The notes beneath the pieces were generated by a model that had not been told where the DNA came from, did no database searches, and saw nothing but the letters and a program-made list of their open reading frames with translations. Position numbers and translations under genes: made by a program. This document shows, one piece after another, positions 44,246-52,071 of a DNA stretch of 64,000 nt; position 1 is the first letter of the stretch, and every line of letters begins with the position of its first letter. This stretch comes from Saprospiraceae bacterium (GTDB taxonomy: Bacteria > Bacteroidota > Bacteroidia > Chitinophagales > Saprospiraceae): contig JBJXEZ010000273.1 of the NCBI GenBank assembly GCA_046153695.1, positions 411 through 64,410 on the forward strand. The letters are read 5' to 3'.

Positions 44246-44572
44246 TTAAACCGCAAAACTTTCCCCACAACCACAAGTGCGCGTAGCGTTGGGGTTGTTG
44301 AAATAGAATCCTTTGCCGTCCAAGCCACCGGAAAACTCCAGTGTGGTATGGAACAGGTAGAGGAAACTTTTCAGGTCGGTGACCACCTTCACGCCGTTGT
44401 CCTCAAAAACCTGATCGTTTGGCTTAGGCTCGTTATCGAAGTCGAGTTTGTAGGACAAGCCCGAGCAACCGCCGGATACGACGCTCACACGGAGGAAAAA
44501 ATCGGCGGCGATACTGCCAGAGGCACGCACTTCGGTGATTTTCTGCTTGGCGCTTTCTGCTACGAAGATCAT
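44246..44572 (-). CDS. iscA: Iron-sulfur cluster insertion protein (IscA/ErpA/HesB family)
   Basis: 108 aa; GGCSGLSY and the C-terminal CGCGESF Cys motifs. Confidence 0.88.
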   Translation of the reverse strand: MIFVAESAKQKITEVRASGSIAADFFLRVSVVSGGCSGLSYKLDFDNEPKPNDQVFEDNGVKVVTDLKSFLYLFHTTLEFSGGLDGKGFYFNNPNATRTCGCGESFAV

Positions 44573-44595
44573 AGTGTGATTGAGTGGCTAAGTAT

Positions 44596-45009
44596 TTAGG
44601 CTGTGAGGACAGCAGCCCCGGCGGAGATGCCGTTTTTCTCCTGATAATCTTTGATGGCCGCCTTGATGGCATCTTCGGCCAGCACGGAGCAGTGGATTTT
44701 CACGGGCGGCAGGGCCAGTTCTTCCACGATGTCCATATTGTCAATGGTGAGCGCTTCGTTCACCGATTTGCCCTTGAGCCATTCTGTGGCAAGCGAAGAG
44801 GAAGCGATGGCTGATCCGCAGCCGAAGGTCTTGAATTTAGCATCCTGAATAATGCCGGTTTCTTCGTCCACTTCGATTTGCAGGCGCATCACGTCGCCAC
44901 ATTCGGGCGCTCCCACGAGGCCGGTACCAACATTTTTTTTGCTTTTGTCCAAAACGCCCACGTTACGCGGATTTTGGAAATGTTCGAGAACTTTATTGCT
45001 GTATGCCAT
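44596..45009 (-). CDS. iscU: Fe-S cluster assembly scaffold IscU
   Basis: VGAPECGDVMRLQI, FKTFGCGSAIASSS and LPPVKIHCS motifs; 137 aa. Confidence 0.93.
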   Translation of the reverse strand: MAYSNKVLEHFQNPRNVGVLDKSKKNVGTGLVGAPECGDVMRLQIEVDEETGIIQDAKFKTFGCGSAIASSSLATEWLKGKSVNEALTIDNMDIVEELALPPVKIHCSVLAEDAIKAAIKDYQEKNGISAGAAVLTA

Positions 45010-45010
45010 T

Positions 45011-45038
45011 GAGTTATGAGCGATGAGTTATGAGCGAT
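45011..45038. repeat. Perfect 2 x 14-bp tandem duplication abutting the iscU start codon
   Basis: gagttatgagcgat occurs at 45011-45024 and again at 45025-45038. On the coding (minus) strand the repeat ends 1 nt before the iscU ATG. Confidence 0.8.
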
Positions 45039-45179
45039 GGGTGTATTCTGGTTTCAATTTCCATTTTTACTTTTCTTCCCTTTTAACGAATACCACACCC
45101 CACGGACGAAGTAAAAAATCCGGTAGAGCATTTGTGTAAACGGGTCGGGCGGGCTTTGTATCGGCATTTTTTGATTGCT

Positions 45180-46400
45180 TTAATGAGCGGACCATTCAAT
45201 TTTGGTGAGGTCAACCCCGTCTTGGTACATCTCCCAGATGGGGCTGAGGTCGCGCATGTGGTTGACACCTTTGCTGACGGCCTCTACGGCAAAGTCCACG
45301 TCTTCGTCGGTAGTGAACCGGCCGAGGGAGAAGCGGATGGACGAGTGCGCCAGGTCGTCGCCGAGGCCCATAGCCACCAGCACGTACGATGGCTCCAGAG
45401 AGGCCGACGTGCAAGCCGAGCCGGAGGACACCGCGATATTTTGGTTGAAGGTCATCATCAGACCCTCGCCTTCCACATGTTTGAAGGATATATTCGAGAC
45501 ATGGGGCATTCGGCTGTTGACGTTGCCGTTGATCTGAGTCTCCTCCATTTTGGTCAATTCGCGTTCCAGCCGATCGCGCAGGCGGCTAATGCGCTCGGCA
45601 TCCTGGGCCATTTCCAGACGTGCTATCTCGGCGGCCTTGCCAAAACCCACGATGCCGGGTACATTGAGCGTACCGGAACGCATACCGCGCTCGTGTCCGC
45701 CGCCGTCCATTTGGGCCGTGACTTTCACGCGCGGGTTTTTGCGGCTCACATACAGGGCACCTACTCCCTTGGGGCCGTACATTTTATGGCTGGTGAATGA
45801 CATGAGGTGCAAACCGACTTCACGTGGGTTAGTCTGAATTTTGCCCACTGCCTGCGTAGCGTCGCTGTGGAACAGTACGCCGTGTTTTTCGCAGATCATC
45901 GCAATTTCGCGCATGGGTTGGATGACCCCGGTCTCGTTGTTAGCCCACATGATCGTCACCAAAATAGTGGTCGGGCGGATAGCCGCCTCGAGCATGGCAA
46001 GGTCAACGAGGCCGTCCTCCTTCACTTTCAGGTAGGTGATCTCGGCCCCTTGCTTTTCCAGGTGTTTGCAGGTGTCAAGGATGGCTTTGTGTTCGGTTTC
46101 GGTGGTAATGATGTGGTTGCCTTTGCGGGCATACATCTCGAACACGCCCTTAAGCGCGAGGTTGTTGCTCTCGGTAGCGCCGGAGGTGAAGATAACTTCC
46201 TTGTCTTCGGCACCGAGCAGTTGGGCAATCTGCTCCCGGGCGTAGTCCACGGCCTCTTCGGCTTCCCAGCCGTACTGGTGGCTGCGGCTGGCTGCGTTGC
46301 CGTGTTTTTCAAAAAAATAGGGCACCATCGTCTCCACCACGCGGGGGTCGCACGGGGTGGTGGCATTGTTGTCCAGATAAATAAGCCTGCGCTTGTCCAT
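45180..46400 (-). CDS. iscS: Cysteine desulfurase IscS
   Basis: The N-terminus is IYLDNNATTP, the PLP lysine context is FTSHKMYGPKGVGALY, and the active-site loop is SSGSACTS. 406 aa. Confidence 0.93.
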   Translation of the reverse strand: MDKRRLIYLDNNATTPCDPRVVETMVPYFFEKHGNAASRSHQYGWEAEEAVDYAREQIAQLLGAEDKEVIFTSGATESNNLALKGVFEMYARKGNHIITTETEHKAILDTCKHLEKQGAEITYLKVKEDGLVDLAMLEAAIRPTTILVTIMWANNETGVIQPMREIAMICEKHGVLFHSDATQAVGKIQTNPREVGLHLMSFTSHKMYGPKGVGALYVSRKNPRVKVTAQMDGGGHERGMRSGTLNVPGIVGFGKAAEIARLEMAQDAERISRLRDRLERELTKMEETQINGNVNSRMPHVSNISFKHVEGEGLMMTFNQNIAVSSGSACTSASLEPSYVLVAMGLGDDLAHSSIRFSLGRFTTDEDVDFAVEAVSKGVNHMRDLSPIWEMYQDGVDLTKIEWSAH

Positions 46401-46452
46401 TCTCGTTTGTTGCGTTTGAATTTAGATTGATTCCACGTCAATTTTCGGAGGG

Positions 46453-46460
46453 CAAATGTA
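46453..46460 (-). promoter_or_regulatory. -7 promoter box (TAnnTTTG on the minus strand) upstream of iscS
   Basis: caaatgta on the plus strand reads tacatttg on the minus strand, 53 nt upstream of the iscS ATG. Confidence 0.4.
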
Positions 46461-46554
46461 ACAGCTTGCCGGAAAAAAGGTTGGCATAAAAAAACAGCTT
46501 TTGCAAATGCATTTTTCGAGGCGCAAACCAGAGCCTCGAAAAGCGCATTCAGCC

Positions 46555-46562
46555 TACCTTTG
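46555..46562 (+). promoter_or_regulatory. -7 promoter box (TAnnTTTG) upstream of the methylmalonyl-CoA mutase-like gene
   Basis: tacctttg lies 13 nt upstream of the ATG at 46575, so the leader is very short or absent. Confidence 0.4.
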
Positions 46563-46574
46563 CTTTTTTTTAAA

Positions 46575-47723
46575 ATGAACCTGACCAACGATTTTTTCGC
46601 CGAGTTTCAGCCAGTTAGCAAAGAGCAATGGCTGGAACGCATTACCAGGGACTTGAAAGGCAAACCCTTGCAAGACCTCTACTGGCATTTGGGGCCGAAC
46701 CTGACCGTGGACCCTTTTGGCCATGCCGACGACTGGCCGGTGCCACCTGCGCCGTTGTTTTCCCAGCCAATAAAATGGGAGATCAATGAAGACATGGGTA
46801 CCGCCGCCCCTGCCGAGGCCAACCGCCTGGCACTGGAGGCACTGGCCTTCGGGGCCGAAAGTGTGCAGTTCGACTTGACCGGGTCCGATATTTCGGGGCA
46901 GGTGGAGACGGTGCTGAGCCGGATTTACCTCGACTATATCAGCGTGCATTTTGGCGGCCCGGGTGTAGCAAACGGCCCTGCGGCAGTGTTGGCCGCTATC
47001 GCAAACCTCGCCGAAGAGCAAGGTGTGCCCGCGAAAAACTTGCGCGGGTCCTTGCATAACGACCCGGCCTTGGCCCCGCTTACCGATTGGCGCTATCTGG
47101 CCGAACTGATCCAGTTCGCCCGCACGGCGTTGCCGGGTTTTCGGTGTCTGACAGTAGACGGACGCTCGCAAAACGCCAATCCGGAGCATGCCGTTGACGA
47201 ACTGGCTACCTTGCTTGGGCGAGGGGTGCAGTACTTGAAACAGGGCGCGGCGCACGGGCTGGATTTGGGCCAATTGGCTGCACAGTTGCAGTTCAACGTG
47301 ACGGTCGGAAAAAGTTATTTTGTGGAAATAGCCCGGTTGCGGGCATTCAAACTACTCTGGCTGAACGTCTTGAAAGCCTGGGGACTGGAACCGTCCTATC
47401 CGATCGTCGAGGTTCGCTTTGCGCCGGAGGCCTATAGCGACGATTTGTACACAAACATGATCCGTGCCACTACGATGGCCATGTCTGCTGTACTGGGCGG
47501 GGCCGACCGCCTTACTGTGCTGCCCTACGAAACCGGGCGGGAGGTGTTGGCCCAGTACCCGCGGGCGTTCGGGCGGCGCATTGCTCGCAACGTGCAGCAC
47601 TTGCTGAAAATGGAAAGTGGATTTGAGCAGATCGCCGACCCGGCTGCGGGCAGTTTTTATATTGAAAAACTGACAGCGCAGTTGGCAGAAAAGGCTTGGG
47701 AGAAAATTGGAGATTTTCGGTGA
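46575..47723 (+). CDS. Methylmalonyl-CoA mutase family protein (small-subunit/MutA-like barrel only, no B12-binding domain)
   Basis: The N-terminus is FQPVSKEQWLERITRDLKGKPLQDLYW. The C-terminal ARNVQHLLKMESGFEQIADPAAGSFYIEKLT matches the DP.GGS.Y.E.LT motif of the MCM family. The protein is 382 aa and ends right after the barrel. Confidence 0.65.
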   Translation: MNLTNDFFAEFQPVSKEQWLERITRDLKGKPLQDLYWHLGPNLTVDPFGHADDWPVPPAPLFSQPIKWEINEDMGTAAPAEANRLALEALAFGAESVQFDLTGSDISGQVETVLSRIYLDYISVHFGGPGVANGPAAVLAAIANLAEEQGVPAKNLRGSLHNDPALAPLTDWRYLAELIQFARTALPGFRCLTVDGRSQNANPEHAVDELATLLGRGVQYLKQGAAHGLDLGQLAAQLQFNVTVGKSYFVEIARLRAFKLLWLNVLKAWGLEPSYPIVEVRFAPEAYSDDLYTNMIRATTMAMSAVLGGADRLTVLPYETGREVLAQYPRAFGRRIARNVQHLLKMESGFEQIADPAAGSFYIEKLTAQLAEKAWEKIGDFR

Positions 47724-47762
47724 CCGCTTTACCACCGAGTGCAGGCTGCTACTGTTGACACA

Positions 47763-48143
47763 TCAGCCTTTCTCCAGCGCCTCTCCAAACATAATCCGAT
47801 GCCCGTCAATTGTCCGAATGCCAAACTCGCGTTGGCCCCAGGGCTTGTCTTCCGGATTGGCTATGATTTCGACCAGTTTGTCGCGGAATTCCTCAAAAAG
47901 TACGTCTATGTTTTCCACATCTATATATGCGAAATAGGAGTGGTTGCGCGTCTCGAAAGCCGAGCGGTCGTCGGCACATTCTCCGAGCAGAACGATGAAT
48001 TTTTCCCGGAACAATTGTTGCCAACCGCCGACTTTCCAGTGGGTTGCGAAGCCTAATTTTTCTTCATAAAACCGGGCGGATGCTTCCAGATTCTTGACGG
48101 CAAGCACATAGCGCGTGCCAGTGATGGCGGGTGTTTTTGCCAT
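47763..48143 (-). CDS. VOC (glyoxalase/bleomycin-resistance) family protein
   Basis: 126 aa; YVLAVKNLEASARFYEEKLGF... and KPWGQREFGIRTIDGHRIMFGE are typical of the family. Confidence 0.75.
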   Translation of the reverse strand: MAKTPAITGTRYVLAVKNLEASARFYEEKLGFATHWKVGGWQQLFREKFIVLLGECADDRSAFETRNHSYFAYIDVENIDVLFEEFRDKLVEIIANPEDKPWGQREFGIRTIDGHRIMFGEALEKG

Positions 48144-48148
48144 GACTA

Positions 48149-49315
48149 TTAACTGAAAATATCCTTCACCTTGTCAAAGAACCCCTTGTCTTCATTGCCC
48201 GGATTGGGTTTGAAGTTGGGCATTTCCCGCAGTTTTTCCAGCAGTCGGCGCTCCTCGTCGTTGAGTTTTTTGGGTGTCCACACATTCACATGGATGAGCT
48301 GGTCGCCTCGGTGGTAACCCTGCAGGGCAGGCAAGCCTTTTTCACGCAGGCGGAATATTTTACCCGATTGGGTACCCGGCGGTATTTTGATGCGGGCGCG
48401 TCCGTCAAGCGTCGGCACCTCGATTTGGGCACCGATGGCCGCATCGGCCATATTGAGGAATAATTCGAACAGGATGTTATTGCCTTCGCGGGTAAACTCG
48501 TCGTGCGGCACTTCCTCGATGCTGATGATAAGGTCGCCGGGCGGGCCGCCTTTGCCACCGGCATTGCCTTTGCCCGACATGGACAACTGGATGCCCTCGT
48601 GAACGCCACCCGGGATGTCCACGTCTATCGTTTCTTCGCCGGGCGAATGGCCTGCTCCTTTGCAGGTGGCGCAAATAGCGCGAATGGTTTGGCCGCTTCC
48701 GTTGCAGGCAGGGCAAGCCTCTGCTACATGCATAGGCCCGATGGGTGTTTGGGAAATTCGGCGAATAGTACCCGCACCGCGGCAGGTGCCGCAAGTGTCC
48801 ACGGAACTGCTGTCGCGTGCGCCGCTGCCATTGCAGGTGCTGCACTTGACTTGTTTGCGCACCTTGATTTTTTTGTTGACACCGGTGGCGATTTCCTCAA
48901 GGGTCATTTTTACCTTGATACGCAGGTTGGTGCCGCGTTCACCGCGTGAGCGGGCACCGAAGCCGCCACCACCGCGCCGTCCGCCGCCGAAAAACTCGGT
49001 GATAATATCCTCGGCATCGAAGCCGAATCGGCGGAAGATATCGTCCATGGACATACCCTCAAAATTGGGGCTGCCACCACCGCCCATGCCCTCAACCCCG
49101 GCGTGTCCATAGCGGTCATAGCGGGCACGTTTGTCGGCATCGCGGAGTACGTCGTAGGCTTCGGCAGCTTCTTTGAATTTGTCCTCGGCTGCCTTGTCGC
49201 CCGGGTTTTTGTCCGGGTGGAACTCGACGGCCTTTTTACGGTACGCCTTTTTTATGTCGTCGTCTGCGGCGTTTTTTGGTACACCAAGTATCTCGTAATA
49301 ATCGCGTTTAGCCAT
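48149..49315 (-). CDS. dnaJ: Molecular chaperone DnaJ
   Basis: It has a J-domain with HPD (VEFHPDKNP), a G/F-rich region and four CxxCxGxG zinc-finger repeats (CSTCNGSG, CGTCRGAG, CPACNGSG, CATCKGAG). Confidence 0.95.
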   Translation of the reverse strand: MAKRDYYEILGVPKNAADDDIKKAYRKKAVEFHPDKNPGDKAAEDKFKEAAEAYDVLRDADKRARYDRYGHAGVEGMGGGGSPNFEGMSMDDIFRRFGFDAEDIITEFFGGGRRGGGGFGARSRGERGTNLRIKVKMTLEEIATGVNKKIKVRKQVKCSTCNGSGARDSSSVDTCGTCRGAGTIRRISQTPIGPMHVAEACPACNGSGQTIRAICATCKGAGHSPGEETIDVDIPGGVHEGIQLSMSGKGNAGGKGGPPGDLIISIEEVPHDEFTREGNNILFELFLNMADAAIGAQIEVPTLDGRARIKIPPGTQSGKIFRLREKGLPALQGYHRGDQLIHVNVWTPKKLNDEERRLLEKLREMPNFKPNPGNEDKGFFDKVKDIFS

Positions 49316-49325
49316 GATTTTAGGG

Positions 49326-49859
49326 TCATTTGCCCACTACCACCTTGGAGTAGCGGATGATGCGGTCGCCGAGCAGGTAGCCTTTTTCAACGATGTCCAC
49401 GATATTGCCCTTCAGGTTTTCGGCGGGGGCTGGTATTTCGGCAATTGCCTCCTGGGTATCGGGGTCGAAGGGTTCGCCCGGGTTGCAGACCAGGGCGGTG
49501 AGGCCTTTGCCTTGCAGGATTTGCAGCAGTTTATGGTGGATGAGGGCCATGCCTTCGTCGAGGCCGCCAGTTTTGGCGGCCCTGTCAAAATCGTCGAGAA
49601 CTGACAAAAGTGCTGCCATGATGTCACGGCCAGCTGTTTGTTGCAGATCGAGGCGCTCTTTGGCGGCATTGCGCTTGTAGTTTTCAAAATCGGACAGCAG
49701 GTACAGGTATTTGTTCCTTGCGTCGTCAAGTTGCTGCTGCCAATCCTCCGCGGGCGCGTCCTGTGCACTCGTTTCTGCATTGGACTCGGCGGCATCGGCC
49801 TGTTCGGGTTGGTTTTCCAGCGGTTGCTGTTCCTCGTTGTCGTGGTGCTTATCTTTCAT
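49326..49859 (-). CDS. grpE: Nucleotide exchange factor GrpE
   Basis: It has an acidic N-terminus, YLYLLSDFENYKRNAAKE, and the C-terminus VEKGYLLGDRIIRYSKVVVGK. It lies directly upstream of dnaJ. The start could alternatively be the ATG at 49877. Confidence 0.88.
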   Translation of the reverse strand: MKDKHHDNEEQQPLENQPEQADAAESNAETSAQDAPAEDWQQQLDDARNKYLYLLSDFENYKRNAAKERLDLQQTAGRDIMAALLSVLDDFDRAAKTGGLDEGMALIHHKLLQILQGKGLTALVCNPGEPFDPDTQEAIAEIPAPAENLKGNIVDIVEKGYLLGDRIIRYSKVVVGK

Positions 49860-49954
49860 TTTTCGAAAAAACATCATGAAAATGGCGGCCAAGTGGGGCC
49901 GCTTGCCACCTGCCCGCACAATTATTATGCCCTCGGCCCAAGGGTGCCAATATG

Positions 49955-50467
49955 TCAGCGGCGAGAAAGCGCTTCCCCCAGCATGCGGTGCATCTGTTCG
50001 GGCGATAGATTGACCCCCATAATTATCCCTTCCGGGCTGATCAAAAAAGTGGCTGGAATAGACTTGACGTTGAACAGCCCGGCCAGTTTGCCGTCGAAAT
50101 AGCCCACGTCCAACGTATGGTAGGGCCAGCTCATACCGTCATTATCGATGGCCCGCTGCCACGAACGTGGATTTTGTTCGACCCCGACGCTGAATATTTC
50201 GAACCCTTTTGGTTGGTACTGCCGATATAGTTCACGCAAGTGCGGGTTTTCTGCCCTGCAAGGGCCGCACCAACTGCCCCAAAACTGCAACAACACATGC
50301 CGCCCCCGCAGGTCGGAAAAACGCACCGTTTTGCCATCGGCAAGCACGGCAGAAAAATCGGGAACAGCTTCGCCTGCAACAAAGCGCGGCTGCCGGTAAC
50401 GGTAAAATAACAGAGCCAAGACCCCGACGAACAGGAGCAGGCCAATTTTCAAATTTCGTGCATTCAT
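49955..50467 (-). CDS. TlpA-family thiol:disulfide oxidoreductase
   Basis: It has an N-terminal membrane anchor (LKIGLLLFVGVLALLF), the thioredoxin CxxC motif FWGSWCGPCRAENP, and the IPATFLISPEG motif. Confidence 0.85.
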   Translation of the reverse strand: MNARNLKIGLLLFVGVLALLFYRYRQPRFVAGEAVPDFSAVLADGKTVRFSDLRGRHVLLQFWGSWCGPCRAENPHLRELYRQYQPKGFEIFSVGVEQNPRSWQRAIDNDGMSWPYHTLDVGYFDGKLAGLFNVKSIPATFLISPEGIIMGVNLSPEQMHRMLGEALSRR

Positions 50468-50476
50468 GTCGAATCG

Positions 50477-50484
50477 TAGTTTTG
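50477..50484 (+). promoter_or_regulatory. -7 promoter box (TAnnTTTG) upstream of the flavin reductase gene
   Basis: tagttttg lies 29 nt upstream of the ATG at 50513. Confidence 0.4.
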
Positions 50485-50512
50485 CAAAATTTTAACGCAA
50501 ATATCCCAGCGT

Positions 50513-51376
50513 ATGCTCACCATTGACCCGACCAAAATCCCGACCAAGGACTTACACCAGTACATTCTTGGCGCGGTGGCGCCCCGTCCCATTGCCTTTG
50601 CCAGTACGATAAGCAACGACGGGGTGCCCAACCTGGCTCCATATAGTTTTTTCAATGCTTTCAGCAGCAATCCGCCCATTCTGATCTTTTCGTCGAATCG
50701 ACGGGTGGAGAACAATACCACGAAAGATACGCTCAAAAACGTGCAGGACACCGGCGAAGTTGTCATAAACGTCGTTCCCTATGCCATTGTTCGGCAGATG
50801 GCTCTTTGCAGCGTGGAGTACGGGGCCGATGTGGACGAGTTCAAAAAGGCTGGGTTCACACCGCTGCCTTCTGAACAGGTGCGACCGTTCCGCGTGGCCG
50901 AAAGCCCGGTGCAGATGGAGTGCGTAGTCGAACAAATACTGCCACTTGGCGAAATGGGCGGCGCAGGCAATCTCATCGTTTGCCGCATAGTGCTCATGCA
51001 CATTGCCGAGAGCGTGCTGACGGAGGGCGGGCGTATTGACCCGCATAAGATTGATCTCGTAGGTCGCATGGGCCGGTTTTATTACGCTCGGGCCAGCGGC
51101 GAGGCAGTGGTAGAGATTGCCCAAAAAGTGACTGACCTCGGCGTGGGCTTCGATGCACTGCCCGAACACCTGCTGCATAGTTCCGTACTCACCGGGAACG
51201 AACTGGCCCGCATCGCTTCGCTCACTGCCCTGCCCAACCGCGTTGAGGCCATGGCCGACCCGCATGTGCAGGCTGCCCTGGCGGGAAATCCCGCTCGCGA
51301 AGCGGTTCACGAACTGATTCGGGAGGCATTAGCACAAAATGATCTGGCACTCGCAGCCAAACTGGCGATGGGGTAG
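50513..51376 (+). CDS. Flavin reductase family protein
   Basis: VAPRPIAFASTISNDGVPNLAPYSFFNAFSSNPP indicates a flavin reductase-like FMN-binding split barrel. 287 aa. Confidence 0.8.
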   Translation: MLTIDPTKIPTKDLHQYILGAVAPRPIAFASTISNDGVPNLAPYSFFNAFSSNPPILIFSSNRRVENNTTKDTLKNVQDTGEVVINVVPYAIVRQMALCSVEYGADVDEFKKAGFTPLPSEQVRPFRVAESPVQMECVVEQILPLGEMGGAGNLIVCRIVLMHIAESVLTEGGRIDPHKIDLVGRMGRFYYARASGEAVVEIAQKVTDLGVGFDALPEHLLHSSVLTGNELARIASLTALPNRVEAMADPHVQAALAGNPAREAVHELIREALAQNDLALAAKLAMG

Positions 51377-51535
51377 TGTGTGTCGTTCCAATGCCGGGCA
51401 TCAAGTGGCTACTGATTTAATAGCCTTTTCATCGCATAATGATTTTCCCCAAAAACAAATTTCTCCAAATGCAACCCCTGCCGCCCGGCAAGAACCTACC
51501 CATCGGACACTATTTTTTGCCGCTTTGCCACGAAC

Positions 51536-52066
51536 ATGACCGAACCCAACCTTCATGCCTGCCTTTGGGGTGACCGCCTGGCCCAAAAACAGCTCTTCGA
51601 GCGGTTCAAGGGCAAGATGTTCGCTTTGTGCATCCGATATGCCAATAGTCGGGAGGACGCGGAGGACATTCTGCAGGAAGGTTTTGTGAAAGTTTTCCGC
51701 GACCTGCCGCAGTACAGCGGTGTGGGCAATTTTGAAGGCTGGATGCGCAAGGTGTTCGTGAATACTGCTCTTCAGCACCTGCAACGGAAAAAACGCTTGC
51801 TCGTTACCTCTGAACTGGACGACCAGGATTTCCCGGACGATACCGAACCGTTTCCGATCGACGAGCCGCCAGTCAAAAACATGATCCGAATCCTCCAGCA
51901 ATTGCCTCCGGGCTTTCGCTCAATTTTCAACCTGTATGTGCTGGAAGGCTATTCTCACCCGGAAATAGCCGAGATACTCGGCATTTCCGTGGGCACCTCA
52001 AAATCCCAGTTACTCCGGGCAAAAGCGCATTTCCGCAAATTGCTCGAAAGCTGCCTGACAACCTGA
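51536..52066 (+). CDS. ECF-type RNA polymerase sigma factor (copy 1 of a tandem pair)
   Basis: Region 2 is REDAEDILQEGFVKVF...FEGWMRKVFVNTAL. Region 4 is FRSIFNLYVLEGYSHPEIAEILGISVGTSKSQLLRAK. Confidence 0.88.
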   Translation: MTEPNLHACLWGDRLAQKQLFERFKGKMFALCIRYANSREDAEDILQEGFVKVFRDLPQYSGVGNFEGWMRKVFVNTALQHLQRKKRLLVTSELDDQDFPDDTEPFPIDEPPVKNMIRILQQLPPGFRSIFNLYVLEGYSHPEIAEILGISVGTSKSQLLRAKAHFRKLLESCLTT

Positions 52067-52071
52067 ACGCT

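Noticed and set aside
46511-46545. The hairpin ttttcgaggc-gcaaaccaga-gcctcgaaaa in the divergent iscS / MCM-like promoter region, considered as an IscR-type operator.
   Set aside because: It does not resemble the IscR type 1 or type 2 consensus as I recall them, and no iscR gene is nearby. It may just be a small structural palindrome. It is not reported as a feature.
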